64,000 nt of DNA, from NCBI GenBank assembly GCA_040954595.2, contig CM082582.2:2588303-2652302 (forward strand), given 5' to 3'. Positions within the stretch are counted from its first letter, which is position 1, and each line of letters opens with the position of its first letter. The position numbers were made by a program, and so were the translations under genes. Shown here in pieces: positions 49,767 through 62,200 of this stretch. The notes beneath the pieces were generated by a model, which did no database searches, was not told the DNA's origin, and worked only from the letters and a program-made list of their open reading frames with translations. The DNA is from Balanoglossus misakiensis (lineage: Eukaryota; Animalia; Hemichordata).

Positions 49767-52700
49767 TTAAATGTTGAAAGACGCTATTATCGGCTTCCCC
49801 GTTATCTTCACAGGATTTTTCTGCAATCCTTTTCTAACAACCTCATTTAAGTTTTCTTCGTCTTCCCAGGTATTATTCCTATTTGAATACCCCTTCCACT
49901 TTATTAAATACTGTAACTTCCCATTTCTATAACGTCCTTTTAAGACTCTTTCAACTTCGTAATAAGAGTCAGACGAAGTATCGCTAGCTTGCTAATTGGA
50001 ATCGTCCGATTCCGTATCTGAAGAATGACGTGAATCATTCTGTGTATGTGAATTAATGTCTGATTGCTCAACCCTAGAAGAAATTTCATTACCAGATAAG
50101 TGAGGGTTGTTGGTATGCGAGAGTGGCAATGGTTCATTCTCCTCTTCTGATTCTGATGATGAAAATGAAGAGTTAAACTCTGATGGCCTGAGATAAGCTC
50201 GTTTAAGCCTATTAGCATGAATGACCTTGCGATAATTCTTATTGCTATTTAAGTGTCTCAATTTATAATTCCATGGGGAAACTGCTTCTGAAATTACATA
50301 CGGACCCGTCCATTTATGTACAAACTTCTTATTAACCCCAGGCTTAACAGCGGGTGTATATAAATAAACAGGATCCCCTACTTTAAGAGTCTGTGACCGC
50401 TGGATATTTTGATCATAGCGGTCTTTCATATTCTGCTGATATCTATCTATGTTTTGTTTGGCGTATCGATGAGCTATATCCCTTTTTGTGGCTAAGTGTT
50501 TAAGGTGTGTATCTATATTTCTTGTCCTACCCTCCACTGGTTGGAATTCAACATCCATGGGCAATGTGGATAATACGGGCTGAACCCACTGGACTCTTGA
50601 GGGCTAACTCTATAAGCGAAAAGCACTGAACTTAGGCACCGATCCGAATCTTTCTGTTTACTATCGACAAACATGGATAGCATGTCGACTAAGCAACCAT
50701 TAAAACGCTCTGTAAGGCCATTAGTTTGTGGACGATAAGGGGTGGAAACTTTCCTTTGAATGTTGAAGAATTTACAAGTTTCTTGAACAACTTGAGACAA
50801 AAAATTCGATCCCTGATCACTCATCAAAACTCTTGGACTGCCATAAGTAGCGATGACTTCATCAAACAAGACCTTAGCAACTGTCTCAGCTCGTGCATTT
50901 CGTAATGGATACGCTAGTGGGATTTTAGAAAAGTAGTCAGTGAGTACTAGAATGTACTTATGACCATCATAAGTTCTAGGGAGTGGTCCCACAATATCCA
51001 TACCCAATCGGTCCCAGGGTCCTGAAACTGGAATAGGTAACAACTTGGCGTGTGTTGGGGGTGTGGCTCGTTTTCTTGTGTGGCAATGTGCGCACGTCTT
51101 AACGTACATGTTAACGTCCCGAGGCATTCGTTCCCAAAAATATCTCTGCCTCAGAACTCCTAACGTCTTGGTATACCCTAAATGTCCCCCCAAAACACAA
51201 TCGTGAGCCCCCCTTAAGACATAATTTCGTAAAGATTTAGGTATTACGACCTGCCTAACACAGTCAAGCTTATCAGTTGATTTCCCCGTGGGTTTCCAAA
51301 AATGATACAAAACCCCGTCAACAATGTCATAATTTTGAGCCATATTAACGAATTTACGAGCTAGCTTGAGATCAGTAGGCAATTCATCATTCTCCAAATA
51401 ATTAAGAAATTTATTTAGATAACTATCCTTTCTTTGCTCTCCCTTCATTTGTGATTGAACCTCTTCATCAAATGTATCCTCGATTTGTGACTGAGAGGAA
51501 TTATCGGAGCTACGAGTTAAAGTCCCGTACCCTGAGGTGGCCTCAGTATTAGGAGAATCATTAACCTCAGGTTCCGGTCGATGCCTTATCTCAACATTAT
51601 TTACACCAAGCGGATGTGATGGCTCAGTATTTACAGACTTATCTAACATTACGATTTGGCTATTAGGTTTGTAGTTTATCTCGGGTGCCTGCTCTAAGTC
51701 AGTTACATCAGACTTGTACCCTTCACACTGGGGATAAGGTCGCCTTGACAACCCGTCAGCATTCATATGTTTCCTACCAGGTCTGTAAATAATTTCATAG
51801 TCATAATGTTGCATGGTCATGATCCAACGTCCAATACGGCCTTTAGGTATTTTCTGTTTGAACATGTATGTTAAGTTGGAATGGTCCGTTACTATGGTGA
51901 TATGATTATTACGAATGTATGGATCACAATAACGAATGGCATGGACTACCGCCAATGCTTCCATTTCAGTTACTGTATAATTTCGTTCATGACAATTTAA
52001 ACTTCTCCCGCCATACAAAATAACTCGTTCAATACCATCCTGTTGTTGTGCCAATAAAAAACCAAGTGCATGAGTGGAACAATCCGTATAAACAATGAAA
52101 TCTTTACTGGAATCAGGATACCCCAATATCGGTGCTTCGCATAAAACCTGTTTCAACTGTTGAAATGCAGCTTCGCACCTTTCATTCCAAAGGAATTTTT
52201 CATCCTTACCCAACAACTTATGCAATGGCCTGGCGATAATGGAGAAATTCTTAATGAATTTCCGATAGTAATTAGCTAAACCTAGAAATGACTTAAGTTG
52301 CGTGACAGTGTGAGGGCGGGGATAATTCTTGACAGCGGTCACTTTGCTCTCGTCAACAGCGATTCCGTCTCGGTCTATAATATGACCTAGAAATTTAACG
52401 CTCTTTCTCATTAATTGACATTTGCTGGGTTTTAACTTAAGTCCGGCGTCGCGTAATCTAGTCAAAACTGTGTCAAGATGTTGCAAATGCTCTTCGAATG
52501 TGCTACTGAAAACTATTATGTCGTCGATATAACAAAGTACATATTGCCACATAATATTGCGCAAAACAAATTGCATGGTGCGTTGAAAACAACTAGCACT
52601 GTTGCGTAATCCTTGAGCTAGGCGACGATATTGGTATAACCCTTGATGAGTTACAAAAGCTGTCTTAGGTCTACTCTCTTCGTCTAAATCTAACTGAAAA

Positions 52701-53989
52701 AATCCAGACTGTAAATCTAAAGTGGAAAAATACTGCGGCTTGCTTCTCCCTAACATTTCAAGTGATTCGTCTGTTCGCGGCAAGGGAAAAGAGTCAGGCA
52801 CGGTAATTTAGTTCAATTGTCGAAAATCAGTACAAAATCGCCACGATCCGTCGGGTTTGCGAACTAAAACAACTGGACTCGCGTATGGAGAGGTAGATGG
52901 TTCAATTATACCCTGCGCTAATAATTTGTCAACTTGTGATTCTAATTCTCGCCTTTTCTCCGGCGTTACTCTGTACGGTGGACGTCTAAATGGTACGGCC
53001 CCCTCCTCAAGTGGGATTGTATGCTTGATTATATCACAATGACCTAATTTGCCAGTAGAATCAACAAAAGCATCAGAGTTTCTGAGCAACACCTGTTTAA
53101 GTTGTTCCCTCTCTTCATTATTTACATCTAAGTTGTCTAATCGCAATTGAGTCAACAAGTAATTTGTATTGGTCTGTTTAACACTTGACGATACTGTGCT
53201 AACATTAGGCTTATCTAAAGGAATGATATGACTTTGAACAGGCAAGGGCGAGAACATTCCGACAACAGTATTTTTCTTTATACAAACTTCAGATTCTAAA
53301 GTATTAACAACACGCACAGGAATAAATTTCTTGTCGGAATATGCCAAACTTCTCGCCATTAGAACACCAGGAGGTAATTTAGACCTCTTATCGTTAACAC
53401 AACCTAGAATACCATTTCGAAATTTAGAAGACACTTTAGTTGTAAATATTGCTTCGCTATTTGGAGGAATTAAAACATTATTACTAGCCCTGACAGATAC
53501 CTTTGATTTTAAATTTATACTATTTGTTTGGAAATTAACAAGAGCACCATAACGTCGCATAAAATCAACACCCAAAATTAAATCATGGCTGAGAGTGTCG
53601 ACAAGGTTAACGTATAAAATTACCGTTTGATTCCCAACTTGAGCAGGTATTTTCATAAATCCCATCACATTTAGTTTACTTGCATCAGCAGTTTGAACAG
53701 AATGATAACGAGATTTATAAATTTGATATTTGCTCAGTTCAGGAACCATTTTCAACAGTCGGATTGGTGCGACAGTTATGTTTGCTCCGGTATCAATTAA
53801 AGAATGTACATCTCTTGAACAAATGGAAACAATAATCTTATTATCACTAAGAATAGGGGTTTCATCAGATTGACCACTAGTGCCCCTTATGTCCTGCGCT
53901 CCCTTACGAGTCTGATTAAATCCAAATTGCGGCCGTTCACTGGGTGACTCAGCGGAACAAATATCCCAAGTGGGCCTTAATTGTTTAAA
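49767..53989 (-). pseudogene. pol: Gypsy pol: protease, RT, RNase H, integrase, chromodomain
   Basis: LIDTGA; YIDDII; TDCS; H..GH..C..C; GMDIVGP, SDQG, NGLTER; WTGPY; then [26 protein letters not shown]. In-frame TAA at 52808, frameshift ~50570, TAG at 49992. Confidence 0.93.
53935..53989 (-). promoter_or_regulatory. Putative -1 ribosomal frameshift signal (gag-pol)
   Basis: T TTA AAC heptamer at 53983-53989, followed after 6 nt by GGCCCACTTGGG..CCCAGTGAACGGCC, which can pair. Pol is in the -1 frame relative to gag. Confidence 0.75.
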
Positions 53990-55041
53990 TGAGCACGTCG
54001 ACAATTTCGTGCGATATGCCCAGGTTGTTTACAAGAATAACAAATTCGAGTATCAAAATATCTGCGGGAGTTACTAGGACAATTGGGAGCACTATGACCT
54101 ATTTGACGACAATTAAAGCATTCTACCTGAGCATTTCGTATTGCTCGTCCTCCATAGGTAGCAGGTGGTCGTCTTGCGTAGTTGGCAGGTGGTCGTCTTG
54201 CGTAGTCGGCAGGTGGTCGCCTCTGTTCTGAACGTCGGTCCCCTGGATGTTGCGGTTTCTGGTCTGCTCTGCTCTGAAGGGTCTTGATCTCTTCAGATAA
54301 AGTGTTCAGGTGGCCGATGATCGCTCGGACGCCGGGGGTGGGTTCATCCTCGTCTGAGGGGAGCTTGGTGACAACTTCAGCTGTTTTGGCGTGTAGATAC
54401 GCCGACGCAAAATCCTTCGGAGTCCGTCCCGCCACGAAGGCCTGTATTTTAGGTCTCAGGCCGTTCATGAAGAAAGACAGGAGCTCCCTGTCGGATTTTT
54501 GCGCCTTGTCGGTTTTATCTTTGAGCAAAGCTGCATATTGCTCGACCGACTGGCGGGGCTGCTGTCTAAGCTTGTATAGCTGTTGGTCGTACAGCCACAT
54601 AGGGCCATACTTACCAAAGCGTTCCCGCAGCTTAGTTCCGATGGTCTCGAGGTCGTTCTTCACCTCGTCAGGCTGGCTCCGGAACCATCGTTCGGCCTCT
54701 CCGGCAAGGTATAGACCAATGCCGCTTCGTTTCTTGTCGTCCGCCCAGCCCCTGAAGTTGGCAAAGTCTAGGTATCTTTGCCACCACTGATGTACGTTTT
54801 CGTCTTCACGACCTCTGAAGGTTGCTGGTGATAAACCGTCTGAGCTATCAGTACAAGCCAAACGGATTTCAGCCAGCTGGGCTTGTAAGATGCCCTGCCA
54901 TTCAGCACCTTGTACTTCTGCCGCTTGTTCAGGAGCCGGTTGTTGTGGCTCTGCCTCTGCTTTCACTTCTGCCTCTAGTGGTAGTGGAAGTTGGTTATCT
55001 GCCATTCTGATGCTGTATCTCGTCCCACTACGTGTTGTCAT
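53977..55041 (-). CDS. gag: Gypsy Gag with two CCHC zinc knuckles
   Basis: FRGREDENVHQW.., LRQQPRQSVEQY, CFNCRQIGHSAPNC and CYSCKQPGHIARNC. Confidence 0.92.
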   Translation of the reverse strand: MTTRSGTRYSIRMADNQLPLPLEAEVKAEAEPQQPAPEQAAEVQGAEWQGILQAQLAEIRLACTDSSDGLSPATFRGREDENVHQWWQRYLDFANFRGWADDKKRSGIGLYLAGEAERWFRSQPDEVKNDLETIGTKLRERFGKYGPMWLYDQQLYKLRQQPRQSVEQYAALLKDKTDKAQKSDRELLSFFMNGLRPKIQAFVAGRTPKDFASAYLHAKTAEVVTKLPSDEDEPTPGVRAIIGHLNTLSEEIKTLQSRADQKPQHPGDRRSEQRRPPADYARRPPANYARRPPATYGGRAIRNAQVECFNCRQIGHSAPNCPSNSRRYFDTRICYSCKQPGHIARNCRRAHLNN

Positions 55042-55064
55042 CAACGAGTTTGCTTCGATACCCG

Positions 55065-55082
55065 TCGGACTTCTCCACCAAA
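55065..55082 (-). promoter_or_regulatory. Primer-binding site, probably tRNA-Ala
   Basis: TGGTGGAGAA lies 2 nt from the LTR end and is complementary to the ..TTCTCCACCA 3' end of tRNA-Ala. Confidence 0.65.
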
Positions 55083-55260
55083 TGTTACGGCTGGTCCAGA
55101 TGGTACTCCAACTTTGCAGTAGCAAAGAGGTGTACAGGATCTACCAAAGTAGAGACTCGTTGAGACTGGATGTAGTGGGAGTCAGAATGCTTTATTTCTG
55201 GTGCAAAGGCTTTACAACACACGGTTGTCTGCAAGATGGTTGTTCTACCCAAAAGCAAAA
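55083..55260 (-). repeat. Partial 5' LTR (178 bp adjacent to the PBS)
   Basis: Matches LTR + strand positions 1-178, then switches to satellite. Confidence 0.9.
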
Positions 55261-55603
55261 AATTGGAGTTATGCTGCAATATAGTGCGGAAAATTTCCGC
55301 CTTTTTCGAGTACACATCATGATGGCGAATGATTCACAAAGGCTAACCTTTTACCTGAAGGTGTTAACTGATGTTGGTTCGAGACCACTCTTTTATTTCT
55401 TTTTTTCGTGAGAACTTTTAACGACATTATCATTGTAATTTTTATTATTTTCATATATCCAATTTATTTCAATATCTACGCTGCGTTTTTAGGCCGTAAT
55501 AAAACGTTTTTATCGCCGAGGAGTGAATAAAGAACGGTCAGATCGCTGCGGTGCAGAGAAATCTTATTTACACCGCTGCGTTGCAGGGAACTCTTATTTG
55601 CAC

Positions 55604-56323
55604 TGTTACGGCTGGTCCAGATGGTACTCTAACTTTGCAGTAGCAAAGAGGTGTACAGGATCTACCAAAGTAGAGACTCGTTGAGACTGGAAGTAGTGGG
55701 AGTCAGAATGCTTTATTTCTGGTGCAAAGGCTTTACAACACACGGTTGTCTGCAAGATGGTTGTTCTACCCAAAAGCAAGAAATTACAGAGTTTATATGT
55801 CTTTGAGAAAGAAGAGAAATCAAAGATTCATCATAGTGTGATTCTCATTGTCCAATAACAACTTTACAACACATCGGCATATTCTTGATCGTCCAATTAC
55901 AAAATTATTACACACTGAAATATCCTTCGGATTGGCTGTCGGTTCTCAAAGAAGAAATTATCTCTGTCAAGATCACGACCAACTGAAGGTGATCGAATAC
56001 AAGGACTAGCAACCATCGTATGCAAACATCTCCTCCCTCGTATTTTAATAATATAGAGGTACATTACGTAAAATATGTAATTAAAACTCATTCGTTGATT
56101 GAAATTCCCAGGTCTCATTATTTGTAAGGTACTCGATATCTCCAAGGTAATTAAATGTTGTGGCTATTAATTAATGTCTTACCTAAAAGTATTTGACCTC
56201 TATACATGGAGTTATTGACCTCTATACACAGAGTTAATAATCTAATTGGAAATTAATCATAGAAATTACAATTCTTTATTATGAGCGAAATTCTTAATTT
56301 TCCTACTTTTATATATCGTAACA
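55604..56323 (-). repeat. Full 720-bp LTR flanked by GCAC on both sides
   Basis: About 7 substitutions relative to 45200-45919, counted by eye. Confidence 0.93.
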
Positions 56324-58559
56324 GCACCGCTGCGGTGCAAATAAGATCATTTGAGTTATGCTGCAATATAGTGCGAAAATTTCCGACTTTTTCGAGTACA
56401 TATCGTGATGGCGAATGGTTCAGAAAAGCTAGCCTTTTACCAGAAGGTGTCAACTGATGTTGATTCGAGACCACTTCTTTTTCTATTTTTTTTTTCGTGA
56501 GAATTTTTAACGACATTATCAGTGTAATTTTTAGCATTTTCATAAAGCCAATTCATTTCAATATCTACGCTGCGTTTTTTATCTGTCGGGCATAAGAAAC
56601 ATGCAGGGAAACTTGGTCATTTTTTTTGTCGCGGTTCACTTGGGCAAGTGTGAATACGGAGTGCTCAGCAGAGAGAAAGATAAACTCGCTAAAACCGTGT
56701 CTTTCCGTCCGCATGACCAACCAAGGAGCGAAAAAGTCGTTATTTAGGCCGTAATAAAACGTTTTTGTCGCCTAGGAGGGAATAAAGAACGGACAGATCG
56801 TTGCTGTTCAGGGAACTGTTATTCGCACCACTGCGGTGCAGGGAACTGTTATTCGCACCACTGCGGTCAGGGAACTATTATTTGCACTGCTGCGGTGCAG
56901 GGAACTCTCATTTGCACCGCTGCGGTGCAAATAAGATCATTGGAGTTATGCTGCAAAATAGTGCGAAAAATTTCCGACTTTTTCGAGTACACATCGTGAT
57001 GGCGAAGGGTTCAGGAAGGCTACCCTTTTGCCTGAAGGTGTCAACTGATGTTGGTTCGAGACCACTTTTTGTGATAATGTTTAACGACATTATCAGTGTC
57101 ATTTTTAGCATTTTCATAAAGCCAATTCATTTCAATATCTACGCTGCATTTTTTATCTGTAGGGTATAAGAAACATGCAGGGAAACTTGGCCATTTTTTG
57201 TCGCGGTTCACTTGGGCAAGTCTGAATACGGAGTGCTCAGGAGATAGAAAGATAAACTCACCAAAAACCGTGTGTTTCTGTCCGCATGACCAACCATGGA
57301 GCGAAAAATTCGTTATTTATGTCGTAATAAAACGTTTTTGTCGCCGACGAGTGAATAAAGAACTGTCAGATCGTTGCGGGGCAGGGAACTCTTATTCGCA
57401 CCGCTGCGGTGCAGGGAACTCTTATTTGCACCGCAGCAGTGCAAATAAGATCATTGGAGTTATGCTGCAAATAGTGCGAAAAATTTGGACTTTTTGGAGT
57501 ACACATCGTGATCAGTATCGTTTGCAGGCAATCGTTTACAGGTCGTAAGGTCATAAACTGTGAAAATTGATTCTCTTGTACGCGTACACCCAAGCCGGCG
57601 AAAATGAAAAGATTTTACATAAAAAAAAAACAGGCCAGCGATTTTCCTCTGTTTACAGGCGGAAATTTTTTGCTATACAGCCGGCTATTTTTCTGGCTTC
57701 CGACTATTTTCTACATCTCTGCTTTTAGCGAGGGCATGACCTTCTGTGGTCAGTATGGGACACTTGAGTGCGCGATTGCCTGCTTCTATAAATAACTAAC
57801 AAGATCTCTTACTTGGTCGCGCAAAAGGGGAAAAATAAGACCATATTCTCGTGATTTTTTCACTCTCAATTATTGGAGCCGTTCTGGCCATTTGCTACCG
57901 CAGGGTTACTGTTGAACTACAGGGCTCTTTAGACAATATAATGGCACTAGTTCAAGGTGTGAACGACCCCGGTAATGAGTTGCTCATGAATATTCACGTC
58001 ATATAACATGAGAGGAGGTATACTATGCGAATGCGAGGTCGGGGGAACCGCGTGCGGTACTGCCTACTTGAAAATGACATCTTCCCTAATTTGGCGAAAT
58101 TCCGGGAAGATAAATATATAGGATGAAATCAGTCGATGGAACCAGATCAAATCCAAAATGGTCTGACATCAAATGTCGAAATGGCATGTTTGCTGATCGA
58201 CCGTAAGAAAGTGACCAGAGCCCTGCGATGTCCGTATTGTATTGATCACGCGTAATCCCAATCATCTCGCGAGATTGATGCGTCATCGCTATAAGCATTC
58301 TCGGTCACATGTACACCGTTTCCAATGTAAACAAACCCGCGCATCATTTCAAGTGTTACGGGCAATATTTTCGGCTTGCATGTAGCTACAATTGCCCAAA
58401 CCTTTCTTACATCTTCATTATGTAGTATTCCATGATGAATGTACAGGAAAAACAGGCTTTTTCGATGATGAAAAATGGATACACACGAGAAATACTGAGG
58501 CTTTAAACCATCAAAATGTTATAATTTCAACAGGTACAAGTAAACAATCTGAATATTTT

Positions 58560-60087
58560 AAAAAATAGCGTCAAGGACACTGTGGTCCCATTTGAGGACA
58601 TAGCACATAGCAACATAGCAATAAGCATATCTGCTCTGGATGCCAAGATATGGAAAAGTAGGTCAAAGGTCACCTGAGGTCATGCAAAATTTGGGCAAGA
58701 AATTTGGACCCTATACTGGTCCATGTTCAACAAAAACCAAACCTATAGCCCTATTGGTTAGCCTGGAATTAGGTATGCACATAATTAATGAGATACGCAG
58801 GTGTCACAGGTGACCCCCAATTGTTGCTTTTCAATTTTAGTCCCAACCCTCCAAACCCAAAGTCTGTACCTGCTCTGGATGCCAAGATATGATAAAGTAG
58901 GTCAAAGGTCACCTGAGGTCATGCAAAATTTGGGCAAGAAATTTTGACCTTATACTGGTCCATGTTCAATAAAAACCAAACCTATAGCCTTATTGGTTAG
59001 CCTGGAATTAGGTATGCACATAATTAATGAGATATGCAGGTGTCACAGGTGGCCCCCAATTTTGGCTTTTCAATTTTAGTGCCAACCCTCCAAACGCCAA
59101 GTCTGTACCTGCTCTGGATGCCAAGATATGGTAATGTAGGTCAAAGGTCACCTGAGGTCATGCAAAATTTTGGCAAGAAATTTTGACCCTATACTGGTAC
59201 ATGTTCAACAAAAACCAAACCTATAGCCTTATTGGTTAGCCTGGAATTAGGTATGCACATAATTAATGAGATATGCAGGTGTCACAGGTGACCCCCAATT
59301 TTGGCTTTTCAATTTTAGTCCCAACCCTCCAAACGCCAAGTCTGTACCTGCTTTGGATGCCGAGATATAGGAAAGTAGGTCAAAGGTCACCTGAGGTCAC
59401 CCAAAATTTGGGCAAGAAATTTTGACCTCATACTGGTCCATGTCCCACAAGAACGAAACCTCTAGCCCTATTAGTTAGCCCGGAATTAGGTATGCACATA
59501 ATTAATGTGTTAAGCAGGTGTTACAGGTGAGCCCAAAAATTTGCCTTTTATTTTGGCCCCATTGTGCTCACTGACCAATAGACAGTCACTGTACAGGACT
59601 ATTGCACAGACCAGAATTCCACAGTAAGACGTGGACATAGCTTAACCATAGAGGTATAAGTAAAGGTATAAATTTAATAAAAAGACTTAAAAATTCATAA
59701 AAAATAAAACATCCATGATATCACCTGAACACTTACAGGTCGGTGTGAGGTTGACATAAGGTACATGCATACCAATTTTCAAAGAAATCTGACCAGTAAT
59801 TATTGACTTACAGAGTTTTGATCAATTTCACATTTTACAGGCTAATTTGCATATTTTTGGGCCTGGCAACTTCGTTTGGACAAACTCCCATCTACAGCCC
59901 TGCCTGCACCTACACACCAAATATTGAGGTGATACGCGTAGCGGTTTTCAAGTTTTTGATGTGGACGGACATACAGACATACATCCATACATCCATACAT
60001 ACATCCATCCATCCATACATACATACAGACGCAACCCATCCCATAAGGTCCCATGGTATATAGGCCTATACCAATGGGACCTAAAAA
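58560..60087 (-). mobile_element. HINE/DINE-1-like element, copy 2 (~3.8 units of the 239-bp repeat)
   Basis: Reverse-complement homolog of 18745-20832 with the same termini, hairpin and microsatellite. Confidence 0.85.
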
Positions 60088-60177
60088 TCAAGTAATTATG
60101 AAAATATAGTGTAGAGTAATGTGAAGTTATTTATTAGCAGAAATGTAATTTTTCATGTATGGTTTTTGTTTGTTTAG

Positions 60178-62200
60178 TGAAGTCATGAAAAGAGAAAAGG
60201 TGTTTGTGGGAGCTGTGACAGATATTGTTGAGTACAACATGTCACTGAGAAAAGCAGCTGCAAAGTGGGGAGTAAAGCGGTCAATACTGAGTGACAGAGT
60301 CACTGGAAAAGTTTACATTGATAGACGTAAAGGGCCACCACAAATACTTACAACGGCAGAGGTAAAGAAACTAGCAGAATGGATCATCAGTATGGGTCAA
60401 GGAGGATTTGGTGTCAGTAAAAATAGATTATTCCAGACTGTGAAAGCTATTCTGGACAAGGACAAAAGAGACACCATTTTGAAAAATAAAGAACCTCCAA
60501 ATCTTCCCGGTGATCGTGGGTACAGGTCCTTCCTGAAGAGGAATCCATTGATGAAACTTGTAAGTACCAGAAACCTGGATTTGAAACGTGCCAAGGTGAC
60601 CCAGAGGGAGGTGGCTGAGTGTTTTGGAGAGTATGAGAAGTTTATTTCGGATCATGATTTGCTCAACAAGCCAGCTCAGATCTGGAATTGGAATGAATCT
60701 GGTTTCTGTATGCAAGTAAAGACTGGGAAAGTGCTTGGACCAGCAAGAAACAGAAGTGGTGCCCTTCCCCAAATAACAGCAAACAGCAAGACTCAAATAA
60801 CTGTCTTGGCCTGTATCAACGCTGTTGGTGGGTCAATTCCACCTTACCACTTGTTTCCATTGAAGACCGTTCCACGATCATGGAATCCGTTGTCGGGAGG
60901 AATTGAAGGAGCCAGCTGCTATTTCACAGAAACTGGCTGGATGGAAACTGAGACGTGTTATGCATGGCTTGCAAACCAATTTATTCCAAACTTAACGGCG
61001 ATAAGACCTGTAGTGCTATATTTTGACAGCCACATCTCTCATTTGGATTTCGAAATATTCAAGCTTGCAAAAGAGCACAACATCTTGCTATACCGACTTT
61101 TGCCGAACGCATCACATTTCCTGCAACTGTGTGATGTCTCTCTCTTTGGTCCCTTGAAAGCTGCATGGGTCACCACAGTCAGGGAATTCATGGCGGAAAG
61201 TCCTGGCGAAGAGGTCACCCAAAAGACTTTTGCCAGGGTGTTCAGATCTGCATGGCAACGTGGTGCAACGTGATGAATATAACCAACAGTTTTCTGAGAT
61301 CAGGAATATATCCAATCAATAGCTCAAACATTCCAAGTGATATGCTGCTCCCTTCAACTACTTTTCAAGATTGCACGGCCGATAAAGATGTTGAGGAAAG
61401 CCAGATGGAGACACGGGCAGCAGTCTCTTGGAAATGGTTGAAGAGGTAATGACTACACCTGAGAAGGAAAAGTACCGAAAACGAATTGAAGAGGGCTACG
61501 ACTTGCCTGGCAGTCCATCATTCCGAATCAAGCACATAGTATTGAAAGTGGAGCTGCTACGTCTTCACACTCATCTGACAACGACAAAGGTGTGTCTGCA
61601 GAGTCCAACACAGCAATAGATTCCTCTGCCACAAGCAACACCAGTGTCACATCAAACCAATCAGTTGCAAGCAAAGCAGCCCCATCATCTGACTGTACAA
61701 GTACACCAGTCACCTCAAGTTACAGGAAAATTACAGGCACAACACCACCATGTAATAAAGTATCTCCAGTCCTAGATTAAGTGCTCTCTTATCCGGAAAT
61801 TGGGAAGAGAAAGAAAAAGCCTGGAGCAAAAAGTGTTCTTCAGCATCTTCCAAACTTCTTAAATGATCCGAGTGCCAAAAAGGTCTACCAGGAAGAACAT
61901 CTAAAACATCTTCGTCAAATCAAAGAAAGGCAAGACCGGTTGCGGCAAAAAAGCAAGCAAAAGAAGCAGCGAGAAGAAACCGTAGCTAAGAAAAGACTCG
62001 AGAGAGAATAAAAAGGAGAGAGAGAGAGAGAGAGAAAGGAAGAAGAAAGAAAAAGAGGTGATGAAGTGGGCAACTGCACGTATGCCATCAGCAACAAACA
62101 CAAGGAAGAGGCGCCGTCTTGACTTCCATGACAACAAATAACATGACTGTTGTAAAGTGTGCCATGTGCCCTTTGGTGATGATGAATGCATGTTATGGCT
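60178..62200 (+). pseudogene. pogo/Tigger-like transposase (HTH-psq, CENP-B HTH, DDE_1, degenerate C-terminal Cys finger)
   Basis: MSLRKAAAKWGVKRSILSDR; IWNWNESG (D1 altered); GWM; LYFDSHISH; PNASHFLQLCD..FGPLK. Stop at 61271 and later frameshifts. Confidence 0.85.

Larger units (their letters stand above)
45200..56323 (-). mobile_element. Ty3/Gypsy LTR retrotransposon with chromodomain and env
   Basis: TG..CA LTRs; GCAC TSD (45196-45199, 56324-56327); PBS and PPT; gag, PR-RT-RH-IN order, env. Confidence 0.95.
31870..57512 (+). repeat. ~500-530-bp satellite with a variable number of 30-bp hairpin subrepeats; blocks at ~31870-33182, 42718-45199, 55261-55603 and 56324-57512
   Basis: AAATAAGATC at 43823, 44351 and 44848 (spacing 528, 497). 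Subrepeat GCGGTGCAGGGAACTCTTATTTGCACCGCT occurs 1-4 times per unit. The array resumes in register across each insertion. Confidence 0.92.

Noticed and set aside
54284-55411. Plus-strand ORFs antisense to gag
   Set aside because: Expected from the GC-rich gag codons; no domain signal.
56800-56930. 30-bp palindromic repeats resembling CRISPR repeats
   Set aside because: They are head-to-tail with no unique spacers, there are no cas genes, and the context is a eukaryotic satellite.
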